From: Botryllus schlosseri | Lineage: Eukaryota | Length of the DNA: 64,000 nt | Direction of reading: 5' to 3' | Assembly (NCBI GenBank): GCA_051294905.1 | Contig: CM119371.1 | Coordinates: 15,006,001-15,070,000, forward strand | In this document: in pieces, positions 25,161-37,999 of the stretch | How positions within the stretch are numbered: the stretch's first letter is position 1 | Layout: every line of letters begins with the position of its first letter | Made by a program: the position numbers and the translations under genes | The notes under the pieces: model-generated | The model's input: only the letters and a program-made list of their open reading frames with translations | Databases searched by the model: none | What the model was told of the DNA's origin: nothing

Positions 25161-25788
25161 AGAAACCGTGCCAGCAATTCGTAGCAACGACGAGCAATCG
25201 CGACACCATAGAAATTTATTTAGGCAGCTTGCGTGCGAAGGGGGATAGTGAGAATTATATTTTAGCCGCAGTATACTATTACGTCGTCTCTCTGAACAAA
25301 ATGGCTGCGGACACATTTTATTCCGATTTTATCATTAATTTGAGGCCACATCCCAATTATTTTGAGCGCAGTGCACATTTAATATGTATATTGTACATGT
25401 ACAAGTTGTCAACATCCCACTTAGTGATGCTAACCGCTCTGATCTCTTGAAAGTTTATGTCAGGCAGTTCTATAGAACTGACGGAATCCAACCTCTGGAT
25501 AGTGGAAATAGCATACGGACGAACGCAGTGTAAATACTGGCATATCGACAATGATTGTAACCTCTCAGTATATTGTATGTTCCAGTTAACCCCACTGATA
25601 AATTTACCAGGAAAGTTTCAGTTCGTGCGGATTCGCATCGGAAACAGACACGCTCGGTCCTTCGCTCGCCTATGGTTACATTCTGAGAAAATAATTTTAG
25701 CGACAAGGCTTCCCGAATTCCATTCTCGATATTTTCAATTACACGCCACGTAATCATTTGAGGTATATGACAAAACAGTTGCTTAGAT

Positions 25789-27014
25789 CAGTGGTTCCCA
25801 ACCTTTTTCAGCTCATCGCCCCCTTTTGAAGCTCCACACCGATCATCGCCCCCCAAATATTGGGCAACTAAAAACAGCACTTCGTCAGCCCCCCAAACAT
25901 TGGTCATTGGCCACATGGGGTGATAAGCCAAACCGCAGACCCCCCTCCGCCAGTGGGCCTTTAGTCGCTACATATCAGCTATACCCTATTTCATGTACTG
26001 TTTGGTGAGTCACCGTATTTCGCCTAATCGCGCGAAAATCGATAAATTTATAAACTCATGTTTGAATCGGTCAATATGGTCGGAAATTGCGTATACATCG
26101 CTATCAATTTTTATCCTCTTTCTGCTCGCGTAATCAGATTTACCGGTTGAACTGAGTGTGGTGTATTGGAAAAGGTAGAACCCCTAAATAATAATCAAAC
26201 AACTTCGGTCGGAATCGTTGTTATATTGACTTCGTTACATCATGCTATTTCGTGACCTCCTATATCTGCTATGTCAGAAGATATGAAAATCGTCAAAACG
26301 TACCAAACTAAAAGACGCACATGATTTCAAATTGGTATTTCTGTACTGGCAAATAATTTTTTCCTTGCGGGATGGCATTTGTCCTGTAGGGTTAAGGTCG
26401 CCAGGACAGGAACATTCGACGCCAGCCATTGAGGCGCCTATGGACAATTGAACATATGTGTATATCAAAGTTTCCTGTCAGCGCAAGGGCATTCCTTTTC
26501 GGCCAAGGCCTTTTCGCAGCTGATCGTTCTGGCACACTTCTCGGAGTCGCATGTTATATGGCCTCTAACTTCATATGTATTGGTGCGTCGTGGCGCAGTA
26601 ATGATCGACGCCGAAGTCTCCCACTTCCATGATTCATGCGTATTTTTGTTGGGTGACGGGTACCACAAAATCAAGATATATTATATTATTAAATCGCGCG
26701 CCGCGCGAAAAATTTCTGAAAAAGTTGCATGAATTTCTAAAAGATTACTCTATAATTATTGTTAATTCACAAAATAATTTTGGGCCTCCCTCGAATTCGG
26801 TCCCCCACCCCAATTGGGGAGTTTGGGATGCGGTAGTTGCGGTCTCGACTCCAATATTGCCGTTTTAACGCGCCATCGCCCCCTTCGTTGCTTTCGCCCC
26901 CTATCGCCCCCTTCGTCCGTTTTCGCCCCCCTATCGCCCCCTTCGTTATTTTCGCCCCCCTAGACTGCCAAATCGCCCCCTGGGGGGCGATATCGCCCAC
27001 GTTGGGAACCACTG
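25789..27014 (+). mobile_element. hAT (Buster-type) MITE carrying a nested element related to 46068-47073
   Basis: TIR CAGTGGTTCCCAAC / GTTGGGAACCACTG; TSD GCTTAGAT; ATCGCCCCC arrays; interior ~25870-26845 collinear with 46075-47070. Confidence 0.9.
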
Positions 27015-27263
27015 GCTTAGATTCTTCATATAGCTCTGAACAAGGAGATCCACGCATAAGATGCTGGAAATAATCATTTCTAATGGCAAGAACTCGCGTC
27101 ACCAAGATCGTGATTCATTCTTCTGTCTTGAAAAGGTAATGATTACCGATTGCATTTTCATGTTATGAGTGCTCGAGCCTTGTGTAGGAAGCAATACAAT
27201 GTCACTGAAGTCAAATTTCATTCTCAAGATTTTGTTTTGCGAAGTTGTGGCCGTACTTATTAC

Positions 27264-28144
27264 TAGGGATGGTGTGAACCTCTGAAAGGTTCAGGTTCGT
27301 GTGAACGCGAACCTTTTTGAGAGGTTCTGTGTGAACGCGAACGCGAACCTCGTGACGTCATATTGCTAATCCCAACCCTACATGTACACACGATACCTAG
27401 CGACGACTCGGGCCACATAATGCCACAATGCTAAAGTACATATTGGCGTTTTAAACGTCGCCAAATGTATCAACTGGGACAATCAAATTATAACAAAATA
27501 ATAAAATCAATATCTTTCATCGCTTTGCCAACAATTTCGGCAAGGGCTTGCAAGGGAATATAAGCTTAAGCCTTAACGGTCTATGCCAGACCGGACGACG
27601 CATTCGGTGTCTGAGTATTGCGACGGTGGTATTGAGCAGATGTAAAACAGGTTTCTATACTTACCGATATTACCCCATTAACAAGTTATACAACAGTAAC
27701 CAACACCCTAATCGCACGCATTTTGTTTTTATGATACCATAAACATATGAAGTCATGATTGACCCCGTACACCTGCTACATTTTTTACATCAGATAACGA
27801 TATCAATTTCATTGGTTGGTTGAATAAGCATCATTCGCTGAATACATGTAGTGTATTTCGCTCTTGATGTTGTGTCATTGCGGGTCAAGCTCACAGCAGA
27901 GAGTCACTAAATATTCACAAACGGAAAGCTGGATATTTCGAGAATACTTTTGTAACAAAGTAAGTAAAATTTTTGAGATTGTCAAGATGCATGCTCGTTT
28001 AGCGCTCGTTTAGTGAAAACTGAAATATATGAAGAAGGTTCACAGTGCAGAACCTACCAAGGTTCGTTTGTGAACGTGAACCTCTAAATTTCGGAGGTTC
28101 ACACACAGAACGCGAACGTGAACCTCACGTTCACACCATCCCTA
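27264..28144 (+). mobile_element. hAT (Ac-type) MITE
   Basis: TIR TAGGGATGGTGTGAAC / GTTCACACCATCCCTA; TSD CTTATTAC; GTGAACGCGAACC subterminal repeats. Confidence 0.93.
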
Positions 28145-28640
28145 CTTATTACGGCATCTACAGGTATGTAGTTCGAAGTCAAGTTAGGTGGTCGTAAAGC
28201 ATGCAGTCCGAGTAGGCCTTACACCAATGTCTATGTCTATGTCTACATGGCTGAGAGAGATATGCTCCATAAATATATAGGATATTTAGATATATCCACA
28301 CCAAAAATATGTTTATGATCTGGTGCTTTATTGGTGTGCAACTTCTATCCGCTAACTAATTTAATACTGGATGAAGATTGTTTCAAATTGTTTTAACTTT
28401 TAAACGAAGTGCCAAGCGACACGTAGTAATCTATGCCTGGTACCGATATAGACCAGAGAAGCTAGACGATGAGACCAAGCTACGGCCAGAGTTGGTTAGT
28501 TACCAAACGCTTGATTATGGTATTTGATTACTCAAGTGTGCAAGTTGCGACGATTCGGATTTATAAGTATTCAACGTAGATAAACATATCTTCAAAATTT
28601 CGTCGAGCGTCACGTGAAATCGACGTATCAATATGTAGGG

Positions 28641-29508
28641 CAGGGGCGGGCAACATACGGCCCGCGAAGGGATTTTGTTCGGCCCGCGGACAGTTTTCCG
28701 TTTTACATGATAATGCAGCCCGCGGCCCCAGTCTACAGAGATTCCCCACTACTTGCTTACATACGTCAAATTATAGTGGCTGTATGTTATATACACAATA
28801 CATGTATGCGCATGCGCAGCGAGCGAGTGTAAGTTCGTCGAAGCGAGAAGACTTGCATTATCGGCATTTACGATTTAATAGTCAACCCTAATGTCATTTG
28901 TGGTAATCATGGTGTTTTTCGACTTCAATGGCCATTTACACCAGGCCGATATTTCTTATTTTTGATTTCGTAACCGTCGACTTGTAGCACGGCACACTGC
29001 TAGGCTTTTGTAAGACCCCGCTTATGCTAGGGCTCGCCAACTCAAATAGGGTCGCGGGCCACTTTCAAATTTCGATTTTTCGGTTCACAAAATTTGGGGG
29101 GCGATGATCGGCGTTGGACTTGAAAAGGGGGCGATGAGTCGAAAAAGGTTGGGAACCACTGTACTAAACCCTAATGAATTGATATCTTGGTAAGTTCGGG
29201 GTACCGGGCTTATCGAACGCATTGAAATCTTAATTAAGGATTGCACCGTGTGTTGATTGATCAGAGAGAAGCAGACATGGCGGCGCCTGTATGACGATGC
29301 AGTTCTCAAATCCACATTGTCTTCGTCATAATTGACGAGAAATGACTTCGAAGTTTCATTGCTGTCGTTAAAATAAATTCATTAAATACGATTCACTCAT
29401 TGTATATGTGGATAAATAGGCGAATAATGTATCGATCAACAATCCGGCCCGCCAAGTACTTAATTTTCCTATATCCGGCCCGCCAACTGGAGAAGTTGCC
29501 AGCCCCTG
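28641..29508 (+). mobile_element. hAT MITE family A, full copy with captured fragments
   Basis: TIR CAGGGGCGGGCAAC / GTTGCCAGCCCCTG; TSD ATGTAGGG; contains a SINE tail (~28900-29025) and ends of two other MITE families (~29028-29161). Confidence 0.9.
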
Positions 29509-29536
29509 ATGTAGGGTACCCCCTGTATAGCACAAT

Positions 29537-29950
29537 TAGGGTTGCATTTAAAACAAACCTGTTTAAAACAAGACCCTTGTTTGAAACATGGTTGTTGTTT
29601 TTTAAGCCATGATGTCACGAGTATTCAACAGTGCAGTGTGCAACAATATTCAACCGTGCCGCTGGTAAATATAACTCCTTTGGCGGAATATCTGTACTAT
29701 TATGCTGTTGAACCGACTATTTTGAGGGTCCCAACCCTCCAATATCGACATACGTCGGCTATATAGGTTGGTAGTTGTCCGTATAGGCTCATGCAACATG
29801 TTTTTTGGAAATTATTTACACAATTATGGCCTAATTTTACAACTAAGAAAAAAAAATTGTTTTTTCAAGAAGACCCTTGTTTAAAACACTGTTTAAAACA
29901 TGTTTTAAACAAAGTGTTTTAAAAGACCGTTTGTTTTAAATGCAACCCTA
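29537..29950 (-). mobile_element. hAT MITE family D
   Basis: TIR TAGGGTTGCATTTAAAACAAAC / GTTTGTTTTAAATGCAACCCTA; TSD AGCACAAT / AACACAAT (7/8). Confidence 0.88.
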
Positions 29951-30324
29951 AACACAATCAAGCAAAGTCATTTTGAAATCGCATCGTAGCAATTCATATA
30001 TTCATTATCAACGGGGAAGCATTTCGACTGGTTAGAGTTTGTGAGTTGGTATTAGAGCTAGAAATTTCCGCCAAAACTTACTATTTTACGTGTCCTTTAC
30101 TTCCACTTGAGTGCTAACGATAACTACTTTCCCACCTCTGTATCCGCATTATAATTGTATACAACTATACCTATGATCATGTGCGCCCCTTTATATTATT
30201 TAACGTGATGATGTACATTTTACGTGAAGCTGTAAGTTGCTATGTTTGTACGGCGATGACAATACCCTATTTGTGTTTCCCGATGGAATGTTCCTCTGGC
30301 GCTTCTTGTTTCACCCAAGCATGG

Positions 30325-30468
30325 TGTACTGAAAACGTATGCAGGAACTAAATGATTAAGACTCCAGCAACTAAACGCGATACACCAAAACATCCAATAT
30401 ATAGGTAGGGTAACGTGCGGGTAATCAACACAAATCATTGAGATTACGAAGAAACAATAATCACCACA
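30325..30468 (-). repeat. 3' LTR (144 bp, internal deletion relative to 5' LTR)
   Basis: 30346-30468 differs from 35230-35352 at 2 positions; shares terminal TGTACTGAAAAC. Confidence 0.92.
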
Positions 30469-33400
30469 ATCACCCTTCCTTAAAAAATAAGACTAAACAA
30501 TAAATAACTCGTTACAAATGTCAAAAGCTACAAACAAAACGACCGCACAATTTAGGCCCGATCACCGTATCTATCAGGAGGCCGACGGATGCGAGTAGAT
30601 CGACGGAGGGATACTTCAGGCATCGAACTGACACCGACGTCATCTGAGCGATCTACTTCAGAATCGGTGTTCGTGTGTTCTTTCTCAACTGACTGCATCG
30701 ATTCTTCGACCCCTTGTTCAGGCTCACGCTCCGGAATCTCCATATCTTCCTCAGTTCCGGACTTCGAGCGCAAGGTCTCTGTTCGTTCATGGGAAGGACA
30801 TGGAGCAAGGTCTTTCACAGATACAGTAGTTTCACGACCGTCTCGGCGCTTTACAAGGGCATACTTTGGATTTACTTCAATGAGCTCAACATATTCGCAG
30901 AGAGGATCGCTTTTATTTCGGACAAATTTCCTCAGGAGCGCATCCTTGCTGGATATCATCCAATCTGGAATAGATTGACCGTGCATCGATCGGCGACAAA
31001 ATGAAAAGAAACGTTCATGCGGAGTGACTCCGGTTGCAGTACATAATAATGACCTTATAGAGTGCAAGGCGTCTGCTAACACCATTTCCCAAGCGCTCTC
31101 TGGCAATTTGTGAGATGCGAGTAAAAGTTTAATTGACCTCCATATCGTCTGATTTGCCCGCTCACACTGACTGTTACCCGTAGGGTGATAAGGAGTGGTA
31201 CGACTGGTCGCAACACCCTTTCGGATCAAAAACTCATGAAAATCTTTAGACAGAAAAGACTTACCCCTGTCACTATGCACATAGCCAGGTAGTCCAAACA
31301 AAGCGAACAATGACGATAAACAGCTAATAACAGTCTGCGACGTCATATCGGCGCAGGGGAAGACGAAAGGAAAACGACTGAATTCGTCGATTACAACAAG
31401 CAAGTAAGGTCGCTTTCCAGCGACTGGTCCCTTGATATCTATACTCACGCGATCCCATGCCCTAATAGCTTTGACGAGAGTATATGCTTCTGGTCTGAAA
31501 AGTCGAGGTTTAATTTCAGCACATTCTGGGCAATCTCGGCACTCCTTCATTTGTGGAAAAAGGTAAACATTTAGCTCGAACGAAATGCATCATCCGTCGC
31601 ACTCCTGGGTGAGACAGAGTCACGTGAATATTTCGTAAGCTCGATCCTGTAAAGGCACAAACTCTCGACATCGAATCGGGGGCTACGTTGTCTTTACCTG
31701 GTCGATGTTTGATGTGATATTTGAATGCACTCAATTCGAGTTTCCACAAGGACAATTTTGTATTCTTTATCTTACTGCGATGAGATTTCGCGAATATGAA
31801 GGACAGTGCCTTATTTGATCCGTAATCAAGGTAAAGGTTTGATATGAAGTAAATATCCCCACTTACGTACTGCCTCAATAATTGCAGCTGCTTCTTTTTC
31901 TACGGCAGCGTACCTCTTCTCATGCTTGTTCAGCGTTCTATGTGCAAACGCTACCGGCCGTCCTCTTTGACTGAGTATTGCAGCAATGGCGAATTCAGAA
32001 GCATCACACTCGATGGTAAATTCTTCATCCTCCAGAATACAGCCGAGACTTGACCGTAGGAGATCGCTCTTCAATTGCCGAAAGGCCATCAAGGCTTCAC
32101 TGCTTAACGGAAATGTCAAATCGTTGTTATATGACGGACCAATCTTACCGGAAAAATTCGATATCCACTTCGAGTAGTAAGAAAACATCCCCAGACAACG
32201 TTTCAAACTATTTCCGTCACAAGGCGCAGGTAAGTCAACCAGAGGCTTCAGATGAGCAGGATCAGGCTTTATGGAGTCATGAGCGACGAGGTGTCCCAAA
32301 ATGGACAATTCCTTAACACAGAACGTGCACTTGTTAACATTCAGAGTAAGATCACAAACCTTCGCGGCGGTTACAAAAGCTTCCAAACGTTCATCATGCT
32401 GTTGCTTTGTATCGTCATAAATAGTAATGTCGTCTAGATAAGCGACAGTGCCTTTCAGTCCGTTGCCTTCTATAAATTTGTCAATAAAGCGTTGAAACGC
32501 AGCAACTCCATTAGTGACTCCAAAGGGAAGCCTGCAAAATTGATATAGACGACCACAAGCTTCGAATGCAGTAAAAGGCTTATCATTTCTTCCAAGAGGT
32601 AGCTGATGGTAAGCGGACTTCAAATCTATCGCACTGTATCATTTATCTCGAGCTACTTCATTTACAACGTTTTCAATCTTCGGAAGCGGATACGCATCTA
32701 GCGGAGTATAGCAGTTGGTTGCTTGAGAGTAATCAACGACCAATCTCTTCTTGTGTCTTGAGTCCTTTACCACCAAGACTTGAGCTCTCCACGGAGACGA
32801 GGAAGGTTCGATCACTCCAGATTCCAAAAGTTTTGAGACTTCGTCTCGTATACACACCTGGTCATCATTACTGTAGCTTCGAGACTTGGAAGCCAAGGGC
32901 TTCACGTTTCCATCTACAAATCGAAAAATACACGGTGACTCGTCCACGTTAGCAGCTATCACATTAAAAGCATCGGTTGCTGCTGCTGTATCAGCTCTCC
33001 TGTCAGCGCTTTCCTTTGTGACCATCCCATCGTCACCGCCACTTTTGCTCTGCCACTGTTGATAGTTAAATTTCCATCGCCACTGAATTCAAAAACAACT
33101 CTTTTATGCTTTTCGAAGAAATTATGGCCTAGAACCAAATCGCAACAAAGATCGTCCAAAACGCCGAACCGAACAGACTTGTATATTCGATTACCCAAAT
33201 TCACAGGAACACAAACGAAACCGTTGACTTCGGCGGCGAATTGTCCTGAAGCGAGTTTGATAATGGTTTGCAGTCCTCTGCCTTTCAAACCAAGCGAAGC
33301 GGCTACTTTAGAATCCATGTAATTTTCCCAAGCTCCGGAATCAAGTAAGGCACGCAACTTTGCTTTACGAACGTAAGCGGGCACAGTAGTGTTGGGAAGC

Positions 33401-33511
33401 GAGGAACAGCCATTAGATGCAAGAATGGACGAGATTCGAGGTTCAGTGACAGACGCACTTGGCACTTGAAACACCTCACGTACCGAGCAGGGCATAGGGC
33501 ACGGTCTAAAA

Positions 33512-34339
33512 CAGGGGTCGCCAACTCAAAACGGGTCGCGGGCCACTTTTCAAATTTCGTAGCGGCCGCGGGCCGCATGAATTCAATATCGATATGAAGA
33601 AGGCAACCACGTTTTAAAACTCTATGTCAGTACAACGCTGTGCTACCTAACATAGTCGATAGGCATATAGTGATCACAAAAGAAGTAATAATTATTAAAG
33701 GATTAAAAATACAACAGAATATCACCGTCATCAATTTCATTTTATTTTGAACTCTGAGCTGTGCACGATACCTTGAAACGCTTTTTGGGGCTAGCGATAT
33801 ACGCTACTAGATGAAAGACCATCTCCACGTGAAGCTTGATCTTGTGAAGAAGCCCTAAGCCAGTGGTTCTGAAACCTTTTTAGACGTATCCCGCTTCATG
33901 ATACTGAAAATTGTCGTCCCCCCGTATTGTCACATCACAAAATGCATCCATAGAGGTAGCAATCCGAACGGATAGTTTAATGGCATGGATTGTTATGACT
34001 GTTGATGACAGAATTCTATAATATGAATTCGGGACTATACACAGAGAAATAACTATAACTATGAACTTGAGGTAAATCGCGCGGAGCGCCAAAAAATTTT
34101 CAGTTGACTGCAGCTCCGCGCCCCCTTCAAATGCTTTCACGCCCCACAAGGCGACACGCCCCACAGTTTCAGAACCACTGCCCTAAGCCGTTTTCTAAGC
34201 GTCTCGCTCTTGGCAGTATTTCGTCCATTGCAGGTCAATTTCAGCATTTGCAAAATTTTTCCTTAGCTTTCTACCGAAATCTCAAATCAAGTCGCGGGCC
34301 GCAAAATATGACCTCGTGGGCCGCATACGGTGACCCCTG
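33512..34339 (+). mobile_element. hAT (Buster-type) MITE inserted in the Gypsy gag zinc knuckle
   Basis: TIR CAGGGGTCGCC / GGTGACCCCTG; TSD GTCTAAAA. Confidence 0.92.
33861..34180 (+). mobile_element. Small hAT MITE nested in the previous MITE
   Basis: TIR CAGTGGTTCTGAAAC / GTTTCAGAACCACTG; TSD CCCTAAGC; sister copy at 47456-47741. Confidence 0.92.
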
Positions 34340-35183
34340 GTCTAAAATGTGACTGTTACCACAAAATATACACTTCGACGATTGACGACGGACTACTGCG
34401 ACTTCACCTGGATCATTATTCGAAGCAGTCTGTGTAGATGTACAATCCGTGCGAGTCACGCTATTCACCTTAGCGATCTCGCTTGTATCATTATTCGCAG
34501 CAATGTGTGCGGATGCGCAATCCACGTGAGCTACGCTATTCACAGTAGCGGAGGTCTCATAGGAACGGGAGAAGCACTCTGCTTTCTCCATAGTGTCTGC
34601 AACTTGAAGCGCTTTATCCAAAGATAGTTCCTCGTGTTCCAGAAGACGAAGACGTATATTTGCTGATCACCATCCAGAAATGAACGCATCGCGTACAGAT
34701 TCTTCCAAATGCGTTTCTGCGGTAACCGGCTTGAACTCGCATTTCTTGCCCAATATTAACAATTCTTGTGCAAATTCAGATACGCTCTCACTCGTCATTT
34801 GCTTTCTGGCCGAGAGGTTATGACGAGCGTAAATAGTATTGTTCTTCTTGACATACATCTTCTTCAATTTCTCCATTGCAGCAAGGTAGTTCTCCTTATC
34901 TTCGATGTACGAAAATATCTCAGCAGACATGTATCCACCCATAATGGCGATCTTGTTGATGGCGGCAATGTCGGGCGGATCCGATCCACTCCCAGACGAT
35001 ACAGAGCCGTCATTTCTTGATTGCTCGACGGCTTCAATATAGCTCTCCAGCATACGCTTGAAAACCTTCTGCGAATCCACCGCACAAGTAACACTTCCAA
35101 CACTGGTACACGGATGAGCTTCTCGTTGCATGCAGCCATGTCTTTTATGGAAAAGACGACAACGTTCGTTTAGTTAATAAAAT

Positions 35184-35352
35184 TGTACTGAAAACATACT
35201 ACGACCTCAACGCAAGTTTGGTTTTTATTAACTAAATGATTAAGATTCCAGCAACTAAACGCGATACACAAAAACATCCAATATATAGGTAGGGTAACGT
35301 GCGGGTAATCAACACAAATCATTGAGATTACGAAGAAACAATAATCACCACA
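35184..35352 (-). repeat. 5' LTR (169 bp)
   Basis: Minus strand TGTGGTG...GTACA; contains TATATATT and AATAAA. Confidence 0.92.
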
Positions 35353-36088
35353 CATGGATTGAAAACGGACAGAGATACTGTATGTTCCCTTATTATTATA
35401 CCGTTATTTGTAAACGTCAATCAAATCATAGCGATCAACCTATCATATGCAGAATAAGCTAACGATGGAAACTTACATGAAAACTGCGCAAATATCATTA
35501 TACTAGGAATAGTACCCAAATCGTATATATTTCGCATCAGTGCCAACAACATCGAAGTCGAAATTTGTGGGTGAAATTGAAATTATCATCTTTAGCGATG
35601 TATTTAATGGATCATCGAGAATTGTTGATGGAATTCTCCTGTTATCGACTAATACGGTGTATGCATATAATACTTTTCTTACTAAACTACACCTTCGATC
35701 CAGGAGCCAGAGAAACTGTTATATGCAGGTCGCATGGAGAACAATAAAGTAGAATTCAAATGCATTTGGTCACATTCCCGTATCACTTCTGACTCAGAAG
35801 GTCCCAGACAGACAGAGAAACCCGAATCACGATTAATTCTAACGTCCGCGTTCACAGTTAAATCTTTTGTATTCCAAATGACGCATACGCAGAGTTAGCG
35901 CCAGATTACGATTAAAACAAAGGGCAACTTATATTCCGTCTTTAGAGTCAGTGTTTGAGCGGTTGTATTCAAACGACTAATTTTCGAATTTTTGCCAAAA
36001 TTTCGTTGTTTGCGAATAAAGCTGCTGCTAGAATATAACCCAATAATGTAATTATTGTGTATGCAGGATTGATAAATATAGTATTGAA

Positions 36089-36610
36089 CAAGGCTGGGCA
36101 CAATGATTCGAGTACTGGAATCTGAATCGAGTATTAATTTCAATGATTCGAGTCGAGTAGTAAAAGAAGATTTCTTCGAGTACTGAAATTATACGCTCCT
36201 CGCCACTGAAAGTTAATTTATCAACGAGAATTATAGTTTTATAGTTACGATACTAATTTTCACTTTGGAAGCCTTGAAACCTTGATTGCTCGTATCGTAC
36301 CTTACGAAACATAGTATAAAGCTACGAATGTTACTGGAAATATCACATTTCCGAAGTCATGATCATCCCACAACATTGTCACCAGGTGCAATGAAATCGG
36401 TATGGTCGAAAAATACCAAAGTATATTTTATGAGATGGATAACAGGCATTATATTATTTGTTGTTTCATAAAAGATACATATTTGAACTTTGACATATTA
36501 CATTCTTTTATGACGTCATAATGACTGATACTCGCTTACTCGACTCGACTCGAAGCATATTACGTGATTCAGAATCGAATCACAAAGGTACTCGATTTTG
36601 CCCAGCCCTA
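36089..36610 (-). mobile_element. hAT MITE family C
   Basis: Reverse complement of 11362-11876; TSD GTATTGAA; another partial end at ~36850-36954. Confidence 0.92.
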
Positions 36611-37999
36611 GTATTGAAGCGAAAAGCAAGGGCGTGCATTTTGAGGAAACATATTGCCTATTGGAACCGCGAACGGTTTGAAGGTTTGAATCCGGCCTGC
36701 AAGGCAACTTGAGTTTGACACCCCTGGCCTAAAGCTGTGTTCGCGAAAATGTAGAGCAGATACGGTTATACGAGATTTAGCCACTCCAACGATGGAAATA
36801 AAGTATTAAAACTATGTTTGCCGTTGACAAAATATTACTCTATGAAGGAATATATTTTATTACTCTTAAGCATCGAGTTCCTCTACTCGAGTCGAATCAT
36901 TACGTTTGATACTGGACACGGATTCGATTACTCGAATTGTTGTTCCCAGCCCTATCCGTGAATTTTCATTCAATATCAAAGCCATACATTAGGTCACAAT
37001 TTCCGCCGACCATAGATAGGATGATATTTTTTGTCATTATTCCGACTAGCCCTCCACCTTTGCAATTGTTGCAATTGATGATCAAAGTCTACCGTTGGAA
37101 GAAACGGACGTGACATTATCTCTAACGTGTTCGCCGAAGCACGTAAATCTATTCGAGCCCAATGGGTAATTGCTTTGATGAAGTCCGCCAATTGCGTAAT
37201 TCTATTTTGATATCTGTAGAGTTGAATCACGGGAATCGGCTTTGGTATGGTTGTATGTAATCCTGTAAGTGGGGGCTAACATAGATCATTAGCTTTTTTG
37301 TCGTAACAAAGCAATTCAGAATAGATGGTGCGCTTGCGAGAAGTGTATGCGTTCGCGCATTGAAAACGTGGCTATGGGGCAGTCGCTTAGTAACATTCCG
37401 TGTCCCGTGGAGGTAATAAAATACTTATTCACTTACGTGTAACCTCAACATTTGTAGTGTGTGAAAATTATGAAATTTACGAAACAGAAAGTATGGTGGT
37501 CATGGTCGCATTGGGTAATGTGCAGAAGTGGCTAAAGTACTCAGCGTTGCTACTCATTAGAAGTAGAAGTAACGCCATAAATTTTCACTCTATTGCAATT
37601 GAAAGTACCAATTTCAAGGATATGTTAAAACAACTTCTAGTAGAAGTAGAGAATGGAGGTCTCATAAGTCACCAGTACTCAAATTAATAGTTTCATAAAC
37701 TAGATGCAATCGAGAAGTGGCATATTTTAGCAGTTAATCGAGAGTGTCTACTTCTGGCATTGGCAAATGCGTTTCGAGGCAACAATGAGAAATCAAGCTC
37801 TACTAATCGCGGCAATTATGTAGAGCTGTTACATGCCTTTGCCGAGAAAGATGAAAGGTTGGCAAGACATTTGGAGACATCCAGTGTGTTTTCTGGCTTG
37901 TCAAATCGAACGCAGAACGATTTAATTGAAGCAGTCGGTGATGTAATTCGTAATGATATAAAAAGTGAGATTAATGCTGCCAAATTTGTCGCTGTAGAG

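Larger units (their letters stand above)
30552..35138 (-). pseudogene. Gypsy gag-pol polyprotein, frameshifted and MITE-interrupted
   Basis: gag RDAFISG; knuckle KCIFCGNSH split at 33512-34339; protease LLDSGA; RT SPWRAQV, RLPFG, YLDD; RNase H ECDASE; integrase HVTLSHPG, CPEC, IDEFSRFP, HSDRG, NSQCER. Confidence 0.92.
30325..35352 (-). mobile_element. Ty3/Gypsy LTR retrotransposon with short LTRs
   Basis: TG...CA LTRs at 35184-35352 (5') and 30325-30468 (3'); 5-bp TSD CATGG (30320-24, 35353-57); PPT AAGGAAGGGTGAT next to the 3' LTR; domain order gag-PR-RT-RH-IN. Confidence 0.95.

Noticed and set aside
35543..35560. CAACAACATCGAAGT identical to the LINE 3' junction at ~22098
   Set aside because: No flanking similarity to LINE or kelch sequence; likely chance
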